From the NCBI RefSeq assembly GCF_009914755.1, contig NC_060927.1: a stretch of 64,000 nucleotides of DNA; one strand, 5' to 3'. The DNA comes from the human T2T-CHM13v2.0 reference genome, Homo sapiens. The notes under the pieces are model-generated. The model searched no databases. It was given only the letters and a program-made list of their open reading frames with translations, and was not told the origin of the DNA. A program made the position numbers and the translations under genes. Shown here in pieces: positions 14,856 through 30,325 of this stretch; within the stretch, counting starts at the first letter, position 1, and every line of letters starts with the position of its first letter.

Positions 14856-17066
14856 GAGTCCTGTGTTCTAAATCACTGTGAGAATTATGTAATAATGGAA
14901 AACTAGACAAAAAAAAAGAAAAGGCAAGTCATAAAGAGGCATTACAAATGCTGAATAGAAGAAAAAGAATTTAAAAATGCTACCTCTCCTGTTGGTAAAG
15001 AATTACAGCAATGATAGCCAAGACATGGGAAAATAAATGGGCAGTCAACTCACTGATGTTAGCCCTCTACAAGTCCTTCAACTATTACTGAGGTAATTCA
15101 GCAATGCATGTGAAAACCTTAAAATGTGCATACATTTTGACCCTTACACTTCTAGGAATTTATCTTATATGAATAATCCCAGCTTTATGTAAAGTTATGA
15201 GAACAAGGAGGTTCATGGCATTATTTTAAATTTGTAACACCCTGAATATCAAATAACAGAGCACTAGGTTAAGTAAACTTGTATATCCATACAAGTAAAT
15301 ACCATTCCGCCACTGAAAATGTTATAGAGAACTGTACTAGGACAGGCAAAACACATAAAAAAAAGAAAGAAAGCAGACTATATAATATTGTCAATTATAT
15401 GATATAAGTCTAGTTTTGTCAAAACTAGTGTGTGTATATATATATTTTTTTTAAAAAGGTATATATAAATATATCTGTGTAATCTATTTTATAATTTTCT
15501 CTTTTGTTTGTCCTTATTTTAATAATTAGGAAAAGGGACTACTATTTATAAAATAACCTAAAATAAGGACAAAAGACTATTTAGCAAACTACTAAGTCGA
15601 GCCAATTTCTTAGGCAAGCCCATATGGACATGTTGCTCGTTTAGGAATGAGACCATCTTTCCTAATTCCTAATTCTCTGACAGTGGGTGGGGCAGCATGG
15701 AAAGAGGAAAAAAAGGATTCACAGTATCTGCAATCTCCTGAATCCATGGGGCACATCCCACCAGACTACATCTCACCTCTGCTATACAGGAAAGGAATCA
15801 GTCCAAAGGATTTCAGCCTTGTTCTTCTGAATGATTTTCCTAAGTTCACTACCCACATCTAATGATGCCTTTACCAGGCTTTATCTGAATTTTAAAGTAA
15901 CATCTCAAAAATACTAATAGTACAACTTTCAGATGCCCTGCCACATAAGATTATTCTTAAGATGCAGAGATTCTTGACATTATTCCCGACCATTATTGAT
16001 TGTCTTGCTGAGAAATGCACTGTTTTCTAATTGTTGCATTCAATGCTTCATTTTCTCTATGCAATAACATTAAGGAAAACAACAACCCTAACTCTTCTAA
16101 TAATTATATATTTTTCCAAACTATATGGCATTATACTTTGATTCATGGTCCATTTCTCTTTAACACTCTACAAAGGCATCTACACAGAGGACTCGTAATC
16201 AATTCCGGAGCTTGCTGGGACTAACGACAAAATTTACTAAGCCCCAAATCTGTTAAATTATTCAAGTCACTTACCATAAAACAAAGTAGGTTGCATTAAA
16301 ACCTGGATTTTGAAGACAGAGTAAAGAGTAAAAATCTTATTTTTGGCTTGTTTCTGAGGGTATGTCAGTGAGGAGCATGTAAATAGATTTTGAGTGTTCT
16401 ATTAGGGATGGTTTGAAAATGTGGTAGCTAGCAGATACACCGATCATGTGGAAGACACAAAACCAAATGCAGTCACCAGGACCCACTTATTACTGAGAAG
16501 TATTGGCAGGTAAAATGGAACAAATGTGAGGTGGGCAAGGAGGGCCAGATATTCTTGGAAATTTTAATTAACTAGACATCAGGAAAAGATATGCAAAAAT
16601 CAACATTTATGAATTCCTCACACTGGGAAAACTACTGCCGGGGGAAAAAAGAAAAGGGCCCAGAGTGGTAGATGGTTTTCCATCCTCTAGCTTATGCAGA
16701 GTGACTTCCCTAAATAAAGAGCTATTCTAAGTGGAAGTGGAGACTAAATGACCAGCTGATCAACACAAAATTAATCATTCTCCACAGACTAGACTATCAG
16801 GTCGACTACCACTAGAAAGAATGGCTGCCTGGAATTTTAATCTTTTCCACTCTATATGAAAAAAATACATATTTTCAAGAAAACCTGCAAGAATAGAAAT
16901 GCAGGGTAGTCATTTCAAAAATAATGCTTGTGTTGTATAAAGTATTGAGCACTATATTCGAAAATAAATTCCTACAAGAGTTCTACTTCCCTACAAAGAA
17001 AACAGTCGCTTGCAGATAAGGTATTTCAGCAAACACATGTGGTGTGTAATGAAATGGGTTTTGCTT

Positions 17067-17505
17067 TGTTACAATAAATTAAAATGGACACCAGACCTGA
17101 AGAATCTCTGAGCAGACAAAGCCAGTTAGGCCTCATAAGTGATCTTAACTCTGCTTGATTTGCAGACATAAACAAAACTTGAGCTATTTCTTGTAAATGC
17201 CTATGTTACAGAAAAATGAAACTTAAGGCTAACCAATTGGAAGCAGAAAGTTCTAGTTATCTAACTTATGGTTACATAACTAGAACTTTCCAGGAGGATA
17301 GACCAAATAAGGCAACAGTATAACTGTAACCAATCCAGTATTTTCTTTGCTTTACTTTCGTGTTTGCCCTATAAAAGTCTTCCCTTCACATTCTTTTGAT
17401 GGAGCCCTGGAAGCACTTTTGGTTTGGAGCTGCTCAATCCGTGAATCACTGGTTATTCAAATCAACTCCTGACAATTTTACGACACCTCAGTTTAAGTTT
17501 AAACA
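17067..17505 (+). mobile_element. ERV1-class solo LTR (MER57/MER93-like group)
   Basis: TGTT...AACA termini; near-4-bp TSD gctt/gctc; CCAAT boxes at 17233 and 17330; TATAAAA at 17370. Confidence 0.7.
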
Positions 17506-18364
17506 GCTCTGTGCCTCAGTTATACGCATGTATCTGAAAGAAAACAGGATATTCTTCTTTGTACTTAAATAAACTCTAAATGTGCAATAATTTAAAAATA
17601 TGAGACAGCACAAGTGAATCCTAAAATATATTAAAACGTAAGGCATTTGCATATACCTGATTCTGAAAATATGGCATGCAGTTTTACTTCTCTGGCTTCA
17701 CATTCTAAAGTTTCTGAAACATATACCATAGAGCACAAAAAGAGCTGGCCTCTTCTCAAATTTATAACAAATTATATTTTGTTCTTCTTTCAAACATGAA
17801 TTTAATCCTCCCTTTATTAACTGTTTCCTTGGTTGTCTGAGTAGAGAATCATTGTAAGCTGAGTCACTTACACCTTCCATCAATTTCAAAACAACACATG
17901 AAGTAACACTGATTATCACTGAACCTGTATCAGACACCTCCCATTTCTGAGATGTGCATTTATTCTAAATCTAAGTTTTGGAAGTGATAATGGAATGAAA
18001 CACTCAGAAAATATAAAAAGCCAAAGTTTTCACTATGCTTTAGAAAGGTTTGCAAGTTGGTACTTAAAACAATGCTTTAAGGTATTATTTTCATGTCTAT
18101 AGATGAGGTAATACAAGTTTACAGAGTATATTCAAATGGCTAATAAATACATGAAAAGGTGCTCAACCTCATTAGTCATGACAGAAAGGCCATAATGAGA
18201 TAATGCCTCATACTTACCTGAATGACTAAAATTGAAAAGACTAACCAGTAGCAAAAGTAAAGTAAAAGATAACAAATGCAAAAGAGTATACAGTACATGA
18301 TTCCAGTGATATTAAGTTTAAAAATAGGTAAAACAAATCTGTGATATTAGAAATTACCTTTGAG

Positions 18365-18584
18365 GGCCGAACACAGTGGCTACTGCCTGTAACCCAAGCA
18401 CTTTGGGAGGCCCAGGCGGGAGGACCCCTTGAGATCAGGAGTTTGAGACCAGCCTGCGCAACAAGGTAAACCCATCTCTACTAAAAATACAAAAATTAGC
18501 CGGGCATGGTGGCAGACGCCTTTAGTCCCAGCTACTCAGGAGGCTAAGTCAGAAGAAAAAAAAAAAAAAAAGAGAGAAAAGAAA
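18365..18584 (+). mobile_element. Alu lacking most of the right arm but retaining poly-A and TSD
   Basis: Left arm, linker and ~50 nt of right arm, then an A-tail; TSD agaaattacct at 18349 and 18585. Confidence 0.88.
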
Positions 18585-18615
18585 AGAAATTACCTGTGGA
18601 GAGAAAGCAGGGTAG

Positions 18616-18982
<367 letters not shown>

Positions 18983-19179
18983 ATGTTCTATTTCTTGATC
19001 TGGCTGGAGGTTAGATGATATGTTCACTTTGTAATAATTCATCAAGCTGTATACTTAAAATTTGTATACTGTTCTGTATGGAGATTATACTTTAATAAGT
19101 TTATTAAATTTTTTAAATGATACTGTCATATGAAATTATTTTCCCTCTAAATGAAAAGTGTGCGTGTGTGTCTCAATAT

Positions 19180-19345
19180 GTGTAATAAAACAACCCTCTG
19201 AGGTAAGTACTGCTATTATTACCACTTTATAAACGAGGATACCAAGGCACACAGAAGTTAAATAGCATGCCCAAGGTCCCACAACCAGTAACTGGTAAAG
19301 ACAAGACTGGAACCCAGGCAGTCTGGCATAAGAATCCCACTAAGA
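19180..19345 (-). mobile_element. MIR SINE
   Basis: aaggcacacagaagttaaatagcatgcccaaggtcccaca...gaacccaggcagtctggc. Confidence 0.8.
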
Positions 19346-21677
19346 GTCCCTTCCATTCTTCAACTTGTCTTTGGTGCTTAGGTAGCACATTTCTTCCTAG
19401 ATATTTCAAGGGCTTAGAAAATATGATTCAAAGTTGGATCTAAACCAGGAAGTACAATCAAATCCAATGAGGTGCCTTTACTAATGCCAATCGTGTACTT
19501 TTGCTTTTCAAAACTAGGCCTCCAGAGAGCAAAAGATTTGCTTATCTTTGGCCAACAGAGTTGGGGTCATGGAGAGATTCGTGCCAAGTGTCCTTTCCTT
19601 GTATTCACTTCACAAGATGTTTCGTGTAAGTGAACACTAGGTGTTTTGTGTAAGTGAACACAACATATTCCAGATGTTACATTTGCTACACCTTTGGAAT
19701 TCTAAGTTCAGAATTAAAATACAAACCAGAGTATAATTTGGAAAACAAAAACCCAAGGTTAACATTCTATATAGTGCTTTTCTTTTAAATGTCTTTAAAT
19801 TCTTAACAGAAAACCACAAAACCCTACTTCTATTTCCTATTTTATACATTTTTGCTCTTTATGATTTAAAGAATACTAATGCTTAGAATTCTTTAAATCA
19901 AAATGATGAAGACCACCAGCAGAACAAACTCTATTACTTTTCTCTCATCTCAAGCTCAGCTGGAAAATAAGAGAATTATAAAATATTTAATGATATACTT
20001 TATATGAATTCAGTTCAGTAAGTGAGTTTATCTTGAAAAAGACTCTTGTTTTATTCAGCTTGGTAGAGGAACTTCATTTCATATATATGATAAAATAATA
20101 AGAAACGTATTAGTTGTAGAGATACTTGTGTTAGGTCCAAGTGAAAATCAGCATTTGGGTTAACAGTCAAGCAAAATAACTAAAATTTTCAGCTCTATGA
20201 CTGACATCATGAGTGGAAATATATGTCAACCTGTAATAATTTTATTGAATGACGTGTTTACTAAACAGAATTATCTTAGACACACTGCAAATAAGCAGTT
20301 GTAAATATCAGTTGATAAAAGTTTAACAAAAACTGGTGTTCTGTAATTTTGACTTTCTGTGTATTCAACTAACTAATCCTTACATCTAACAAGACAATTG
20401 ACACCTTTGAAATAATTAGCTTTGGGCTCTCAGGAACCTCTACTTTTGGGCAGGTGGACACGAAATAATTACTGCCAAAACTACAGCCAGTTTGCTTGCA
20501 AAATCACATCAACTCATCTATACTATTTTTTAGGTTCTGTTCTCTAAATTTTGTGAAACGAAGCCAGGATTGAAAATACTCATTACATTTCTATGTTTTT
20601 TAACTGGTTTTGAAATTTCAAGATTTGGAAAAAGTACTGTGAGATGAGCTGTGCATTCATTTTCCTGATATAGCATGAGAAAAATAAAATAACTCCCACA
20701 TACCTTTATCTACCCAAGATGACAGTTAATCTCAAAAAAAGTTGAAATAATCCAAGCATTTGAAAATGTTCCATAAAGTCAAAATTTTGGAAGAGAGTGG
20801 TTTTTTTAAAAGAAAAATGGCTCTGACAGTAATTTTTCCACTATCCCTCCCCATCCTACAGGTTTTACAAAATTAAAATTTGAGGTGAGCCACTAAGAAA
20901 AGCTATTTCAACGAAATCCAATGATTGTCCTGGTAGATTTCATCTCTCAGTGGCTCTCTATTATCCTTTGCACAGAGTTTCAGTAGACGCTAAAAGTTCA
21001 GTATTTTATTACAATCGTCTGTCCTCTGGGTACTGTGTGGTTCAAGCAGCTTAAGGAGCTGTGTGTCTCGGTATTTACAGATTTCAATTGGTTTGGGAAT
21101 CTCTGGGAGGAAAATGATTCTTCCCTTAGAAAGCAGTAGGAAGAAAGAATAAGTGAATTAATACATGATTAGAGAGCCACTGATAGGTGTTTCTACCTAA
21201 CCAATGAAAACAAAGTGCTTATGTAAGTGGAAACATTGTTCTTTTTGCGAATACCTTCCTTATGGCTGGCTGCCTTTGAACTTCAATAACTTGGCTATTC
21301 CTGAACGGCACTGGAGAATTGAAGATAAGTGCTAATAATACCTTGCCGTCTGTTTTGTGAGTCAGAAGAAAAGACAAGCAAAAACATAAGGCCACCAACT
21401 ATGTAAGTCATGAGGAAAACAGACAAGTGTACTACCAATATAAGACAAAATTTTATGCATGCAAAACAAAACAGGCTATTGCCAGTATATTTATTAATGG
21501 GAAGCTTCCATATTTAGTTCAGACCACATTTCTTTTTTAAAAAATCTGGTATTATTTTCATTTATCATTCTCTTAGTAACAGTTCAGATTTCCCACATCT
21601 TCAGATATTTTAGTAACCAACTCAATATATTAGATACTCTAACAATATTGAGACAATGATTCTCAAATAAAAGTTTA

Positions 21678-21975
21678 GGCCAATTGTGATGGCTCACGCC
21701 TGTAATCTCCAAGATCTGAGGGCCTGAGGTAGGAGGATCACTTGAGGTCACGAGTTTGAGACCAGCCTGAGCAACACAGCAAGACAAAAAATAAAAAAAA
21801 ATTGGCCAGGCATGGTGGCATGCACCTGTAGTCCTAGCTACTCAAGAGGCTGTGCGAGGAGGATACCTTGGGCCCAGGAGATTGAGGCTACAGTGAACTA
21901 TGATAACACCACAGCACTCCGGTCTGGGTGACAGAACGAGACCCTGTCTCTAAAAAAAAATAATCAAAAAATTAA
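21678..21975 (+). mobile_element. AluJ
   Basis: Diverged dimeric Alu with a small deletion near the linker. Confidence 0.88.
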
Positions 21976-22697
21976 AGAAAAAGTTTTATATCAAATTGTT
22001 GTGGCATATACGTACTTCACAGGCCTGTTAAAAGAATGAATGAAAACCGTGTACATTAGACTTTCAAAATATTTTGGTCTTTCTACATAACAAGCATCTA
22101 CCTAAACCATGTTATAGTCAACTGAGTATCTACAGGTGAAACAAAGCATACTGATATTTAACTTCCTTACTAAACTAGCTGATTAAATATTAATTGAATG
22201 CCCACACTGCCCCTAGCATGGGTGTGGTAGCTACATTCTAGTTAGCTACCCTCAAGTTAAAAAGATGCACATGAAGCAGCAATAGTAACTATGAAACCAG
22301 GTACAGTTATTTGCTACTTAGTACATATGTTACAAACTAATGGTCAGAGATAAAAATTAGAAAGCATACAAAAGAAGGTGGGGCCATTATTTCCCAGTGA
22401 TTTTTGATCCCATAACCCTAAAATTTTCCAATATATGGTAATACCTTCAGCATCTTTATGGAAGGAATCATAGTACTCTTCCCTCTAAATCATGTAAGCA
22501 TAGGACCAGTCACTTCTGTGTAAATTACCCAAATAAAGTTCATGCCAACCAATGTTTCGACTGGCACACTGTATCTTTTTTATTTCCTTCCACCTCTCAG
22601 GACTGTACACACAACCTCTGAAATAAGATCCCAAGCCTTTTACCCAAAACGAGTTAAATCATCACGTATTCCAATGTGATATAAGACAGAAGTTGTG

Positions 22698-23402
<705 letters not shown>

Positions 23403-25056
23403 TTAAACCAGATTAGTTCATAGACTTTTAGGATAAAGAATCAGGACATGTATATGCAAACAATGAAACAAAAAAGACTTAGGAATGAGGAACAGGATGT
23501 ATTGGGAAGTTAAATCAATCTGAAAAACAGAAAGAAGGAAAGGTTTAAGTAAGTAACCGATTTGGGCCAGTAGTAAAAAAGGAAGTTTTAGGTTCTGCAA
23601 AGTGTAAGCTTAAGAGAATCAGGAGGCAGAGAAACAAGCTATTGGAAGTTGCTAGGACCTATGAATTACATTCTTTTTAATATACTTTAAGAGACAGGAG
23701 TAAAGAATGGAATTCTCAATGTTTTGTTTGCTGAGAATATGGTCCTTTGAATGTGGCATCTGTGGGATTGAACCACAAGGCTTCCCAACTTCAGTGGGAT
23801 TTTATACTTTTTTACACTTAGTACAGTCATACATGTTTACATAATGTTACCTGGATAAACTTAGAAACAAATGAACAAATGACTGCACAAAAACAATATT
23901 CTTATCCCCTTGTTCCTCTTTCAAATTAATATAAGCAATGCTCACCAGCAACCCAACCGTTAAAACTGGAACCAAAATGTGCCAACATCTTAGGAGCCTT
24001 TCTTAAGAAAGTAGGTAGAGAGTTTTAATATCAAAAGTCTTGTTTTCCAGAGCTAAGTTTTATTGATCAATTGCACTTATTTTGCTTCTTAAGCTTAATT
24101 ATATAAAATTACTTTCCTTGAGAGAGAAAAAAAAAACTCCAGAACACAGCAGAAACTCACAAGGTAAAGTACCTTTCATTTTTCTGACCCTCCAATTCCC
24201 TAGAAAAGCCTATGACTGTGACTAATTAAATTTGGAGTAACTAAAATAAAAATGGTTTACACAGAATCTTAAAACAATTTGAAATGTGTAAATCATAGAT
24301 TTTGAGGCTGCTATGTGGTCAAACCATGCACATTCCTACAGAGGCTATAAATAATCTGTATTTAATTTGGTTTAAACCCATATACCTTTCCCCTTTCTAA
24401 ATGCCTACAAATATTGAGAGTGCATTAGCTTATCAGGATCAGAATGATGTGAGTGATCTGGTACATTATAGTTATTGCTCCAATACAAAGCAAGAGCTTT
24501 TGGTATCACTTGTAATTGGATGTCATTTTCTATTGTATTGAACAGCCACCTCTTGGATGAGGTCTCTTCAGTTCTGAATACAATGATATTGCTGGTTTAA
24601 TGAGCTACAAATCATTTTTATTTTAATTCCATTAAGATTAAGACCTCAGTTTCCAGTACAATGAATTGATTCTACCAGAAACACAGTCTTGTGCAATTAA
24701 GTCAGAAGCATATAAATCTGAGCACTATAAGCTGTGAACAATAATAGAAACTGTATTGCTTCTACAGACATTCTTATCTCAGCTGAAGAAGCCATTTTCA
24801 CAAATTTAGATGAGTGTGATAAAATCAATTGTTTTATTAATAAACTAGCATAATGGATTAAACATTTCATCCTTTGGTTATCACAGAACCTGAAACTTTA
24901 GCAACGTGATTAAAGTGTATGTCCTCTTCTATTTCCTCTGATAAAGGAATTTTGTTTTAAACCTAAATTTCAGAAGAGTTCTGCATATTAATACTGAGTT
25001 GAGCAGCAAAGGTTCTAATTTTTTACTAAGCAAAGTTTAACTGAGATGTTTTAAGT

Positions 25057-25276
25057 CAATATTTCTCAGTTGGGGTGATTTTTGCATACCACAGCCATTT
25101 GGAACTGTCTGAAGACATTTATTTTAATTTATTGATTTACATGGGTTTATTTGTCTTCACAAGTGGGGGTTGTTAGTAGTATCTAGAGGTTAGGATGCTA
25201 AACATCTTATGATGTACAGGACAGTAAAGAATTATCCCACCCAAACTCCCAATAGTGCCAGAGTTGAGAAATTCTG
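25057..25276 (+). mobile_element. MER20 hAT-Charlie relic
   Basis: ttctcagttggggtgatttttgc...ggatgctaaacatcttatgatgtacaggacag...aatagtgccagagttgagaaa. Confidence 0.78.
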
Positions 25277-25460
25277 CTTTACACCAGTGACCATTAATCA
25301 AAACAACTTTGAGAAGAAACTTGGATACTTTCCTAAGACTTTTCAGCTACAAAAAAACTTATGTGCTTACTTCTTCTTGGTAAGTGACATTTCAGAAATC
25401 AAGGTTTCCTAAATTCTATAAGAATCCACAAAGCATTCTTTTGATATAACTGCTTCTTAC

Positions 25461-25622
25461 CAAAGCAGGCAATGTTCCCATCTAGTCCTATGTATTTTAG
25501 ATCATATTTGGCAGCTTCATTTTCAATGGGCTCATTCTCTGATTTGTCGTCCATAGCAAATATGTCTTTTTGTCGGAATTCTGCGTTGTCATCAAAGTTT
25601 ATCTTGGCATCAAAACAGACAA
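25461..25622 (-). CDS. SUCLG2: SUCLG2 coding exon 8 (162 nt, phase 1 to 1): [54 protein letters not shown]
   Basis: tatttag|TTGTCTGT...TGCTTTG|gtaaga. Contains the DAK..FDDNA.FRQ and YIGLDGNI motifs. Confidence 0.97.
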
Positions 25623-26202
25623 CTAAATAAAGAAGAAAACAATCATACTTGAATATCTCTTGAGGATCTATAAATTAAGTTCTTCAGGCTGGTAGGCACA
25701 AGCGAAGGGAAAGTTAAGTACTGTCATTTTTTTTCACATGTTACAGGCAGGAGAAGCTGCTTTGGCTTTCTTGACCTTTAAATTTTAGGGTTTGGTCCCT
25801 GTTGTCAAGGGACTTACGTTCTAGTAAAGAACATAGTAATTTCTACCTGTTGTTCTCATTTCAATAGAATAACCCCAAAAGTTGCCATCAACCATTAAAA
25901 GTTACAGACTGGCACAGCTTCATAGATACAGCTTTGATTCATTATTTTTATTATATATTTTTAGTATTTAACCACTAATTATCACCTTTCTCTTCTATGT
26001 AAAGAGAGACTAGACAATATTATTAATTATTTTGTCCCCTATTGTCCTTTTCTTGATATGGTAAAGTGAAATTTTTATTGAATCAGTATCCTGTCTAGTA
26101 TTTCCAAAAGATTTAGTGGAAAGAATGCCAGACTAGAATCGCTCGATTTTTATTTGATCCTTAACTAACTCTGTAACATTTATTAAAAATAAAAATTGTA
26201 TA

Positions 26203-26408
26203 CACTTGAGTCTTGAACAACATGGGTTTGAACTGTGAGGGTCCACTTATAGCTGGATTTTTATTCTCAAGATGTAAAGCCCCAGAGGGTCGACTTTTCA
26301 CATACATGGGTTCTGCAAGGCCAACTGCAGGAATTGTGCAGTATGAACGAAGTTTGGTATATCTGAGATTCCTGGAACCGATTCCCTGCATATATTGAGG
26401 GACAACTG
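26203..26408 (-). mobile_element. MER8 TcMar-Tigger MITE
   Basis: cttgaacaacatgggtttgaactgtgagggtccacttata...gagggacaactg; TA on the left flank. Confidence 0.8.
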
Positions 26409-27014
26409 TGTATTTAAAGCATACAACATCATGTTTTGATATACATATAACACAGTGAAATAATTAAACACAGTGAAATGATTACTACACTGAAGCAAAT
26501 TAACACATCCATCTTATATAGTTTTTGGTTTTTCTTTTTAGTGTGGGAGAACACTTAAAATATATACTTTTAGCAATTTCCAGCATACATTACTAACTCT
26601 GTAACCTTGATAAAATAACCTAGTTCTTCTCTGGGCCTTGGTTTTTTAATTGGAAAAAATGGCAATAACAATCCTTAAAACAAGGGCCATGCCCTTGATT
26701 CGTGCAGGACCATCTTATGGTGCTTCAGATTCAAGTTATAAGACACGAAAAGACCAAGACTGGTCAGTCACAAAGCCAGGATGCCAGGCATTATTAGCAC
26801 AATTGTCTCTAGTTTCTGGAGCTGGTGGAAATCTCCTGGACCCAGCAAAACTCATTCCATAATAGGAGACAGACTACAGGGCACTTTCCTTGATTTACAG
26901 ATCTCCTATACATACAATCAGGGAGAGACTGCAGTGGAGAGGGTGGCATTATTGGTATCTGGGTATCTGACCCCTTTTATTATCTCTCTTAGTGTAGAAA
27001 TTAGTGTTCTGTGA

Positions 27015-27354
<340 letters not shown>

Positions 27355-28702
27355 AATGTTCTTTTACTTAACTTGGGATATTGATAGCCAGGAATCTTTG
27401 AACAATAATTTACAGATACTACCTATTCTCCTCCAGCATTGCTGACAGGCACCTGACTCTTGAAAGGGAAACAGCCACAGAACATTTCTCACTCACTGAA
27501 AAGCAGTGGCTATAATCTCCTAATTATACTTGCTTCTTATGAAAATAAAACATGGCTGTATATGGCATCTTGGCGTTAGAGACCCCAGGTAGAGGGTTTT
27601 CTCCAAGGGTTTCCCTACCACAATATTCAAGCACTTTGATACAAATCTGTGTAGACCAGCATATTAACATCTAAGAATACTTGTTATAAGTATATATATA
27701 GACCGCACATGACTTAAAGTAGCACTGAGCGACAAGAGAGAATCTTATATGGAAGTTAATGTCTGCTTAAATCCTTAGTCTTGCCCCAAAATGCCCAACC
27801 ACTTTGTCCACACATTGTGAATGGTTGGAGTGAATGAGTAATTACTTTCCAAAATATTGAAAGCTTATTGACAGAATCCTACAATTACCAAACGAATTGG
27901 CCAATGTTCTCTGCTTGCTACAGGGGAATTTTCTCAGCAGTTAATGACTGGTATAATAATCAATAAAAAAGCAACTTCGTACATGGCTTTCCACTAGGTT
28001 TATAAATGCATTCTAATTAATTTATTAGTAATTTTAGCTCCTCCATTACTCATTGGCAAGACTACTTATAACTGACACCTTCAAAATGAATGGGCTAAGG
28101 TTATCAAATTGACTTCCTAAGGGAAGAGTTTCAAATAAAGGAATTCTTGGTTGAGATCAATAAACAAGTAAATCAAAATAGTTTCAAGCTGACCTTTGCT
28201 CCTTACAAAGACTACAGTTACAAGCTGCTTCAGAGAGAGAATAATTAATGGGTATGTATTCAAAGTTCAAAAGGCAATCCCAACTAAATGCCTGCAAAGC
28301 TAGATTTTCAGAGGATGTTTTTCTGTGGTATGACGTTCTCTCCAGGGAACAATCTTGACAGAACTTTGCAGTTAACCCAGAGCTTCAAGATGGTGACTAT
28401 GGGATAAAAGGGGTGTATATCTACAACGGTCCTGTGCCGACTGTTAATTTGTAGAGAAAACTAAACAACCTAATTGGATCATTGCATGTATGTCTAAGTG
28501 TTTTGGGAAGTTAAAAACACTACCTAAATATGAAGTAATTTATTTAGAGGACTTAGGACTTAAGAAAGGGGATTCAAATTGAACTGCCACCTTCAAGACC
28601 CCAGTCTTTACTTAGTGGGTAAGGGAAGAAAAACTTTAAGGATGTAAAGGGATTCTTTCAGACACATATTTGTTACGCCTGTTTTATATTTTAAAAGTAG
28701 TC

Positions 28703-29620
28703 TGTGATACTGTGATTTATAATAAATATATTATTTTGGTCTTCATCCCTAATTCCTAGCATAGAGCTCTAAAACCCTTGTGATTTCCTAAGCAATAGGG
28801 GTGCTAGGAGAATCTTGTGTTCTAACATTTGGCCTTTGACCCTGATTCCTGATGCAGAGCTCCTAATCCCTTGGGATTTTCTGGGAGATAGGAGAGTCTT
28901 TTGTTCTATTAAGGTAAGTCTTGGTGGAGGCTTCTGTATGGGGCTGGTCGCCAGAAAGACCAAACTATGATTAGAAGCTTGGAAATTTCAGCCCCACCTC
29001 CATGCTCCAGAAAGAATAACAGATCATCCCTATGTAATAAAGCCTCCATAAAAATTTCTCAACTCCAGGGGACTGGAGAGCTTACAGGTTGCCAAACACA
29101 GGGAGGTGCTACAGGGTGGCTCACCTGTGGAGTACAGGGAAGCTTGTCACCCCTTCATGCATACCCTGCCCCATATACCTCTTCATCTGGCTATTCCTTT
29201 GTATCATTTAAAATATCCTTTATAAAAAAATAAGATAAAAAATAAAATAACCTTTATAATAAATCAGCAGTAGTAAGTAAAGTGCTTCCCTGGGTTCTGA
29301 GAGCCATTCTAGTAAATGATGGGGCACAAGGAGGGAGTCCTAAGAACCCCCAATTTACAGCTGGTTCATCAGAAGTACCAGAGGCTTGGTCTTACAAATG
29401 ACATCCAAAGTGGAGTCAGTCTGATAAGACTGACCCCTTAACCTATGGGATCTGACTCTAATTCCAGGTAGATGGTAAAAGAATTGAATTGAATCATAGG
29501 ATACCTAGCTAGTGTCAGAGATTAGTCAGTGTTGGAAAAACTCACACATCTGGTCCAAGAAGTGTTCTTCTGTGTTGAGAGTTTGGTAGGAGAAAAATGT
29601 TTGTTTTTCCCTATTATACA
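28703..29620. mobile_element. MER21-like solo LTR
   Basis: TG...CA termini; near-5-bp TSD tagtc/tagta; internal duplicated agagctc..aa.ccctt segment typical of MER21B. Confidence 0.8.
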
Positions 29621-30325
29621 TAGTACCAAACAAACAAAGTGCTTTCCTATCTTACTATCTACAATGTTGTGCCATCTAAATGATTTTCCTTGAACCTGAC
29701 CACTTAATATAGACTGGCATCAAAAATATCAGGGTATAAATGACAACTCCTGGCACTTCCTAGCCAGCTATCCTTAAGCACATTAACCTCTCTTAAACCC
29801 GAGCCTTGTCTATACAATGGGGATCAGAGTATGTTCTACTCTAGGTGTTGGTGGCAGGAGAGATTGTATGCAAAGCGCTTAGCTTCCTAGACAGTGGGTA
29901 CTAGCAGGTTGTTAGACGACCACACCACCCTCTAATATGCACATGCTTTTTTATACTTAAGAGCTTCCCATTATTGTAGCCCAGGCTACAGAACTCTCCT
30001 CTCTTCCTAACAATAAAAATTATCTGTTCCTTTATAATCTGAGATTTCTGTTTAGAGCAAATCTAAGCAAATGTCTCCCATAGTTTACATATGTACAGGT
30101 TACCCATGGTTTTCAATAAAAAGCCATCTTCTGAATGAATAAGAATTTTCCCAAAGGAAGAATATTAATAGTTGGCATTTTAGGCATCATAAATAGTAGA
30201 AAACAAGATTTTTGGCTAAAAGATAAGGGTAAAATAGGCTGTTGGTGACTCTCAAATCACATCACACCTGTGCATAAGGCCAAGGCTAAAGATTGGTACA
30301 GAATAGCTCCAAATGAAGATCTAAG

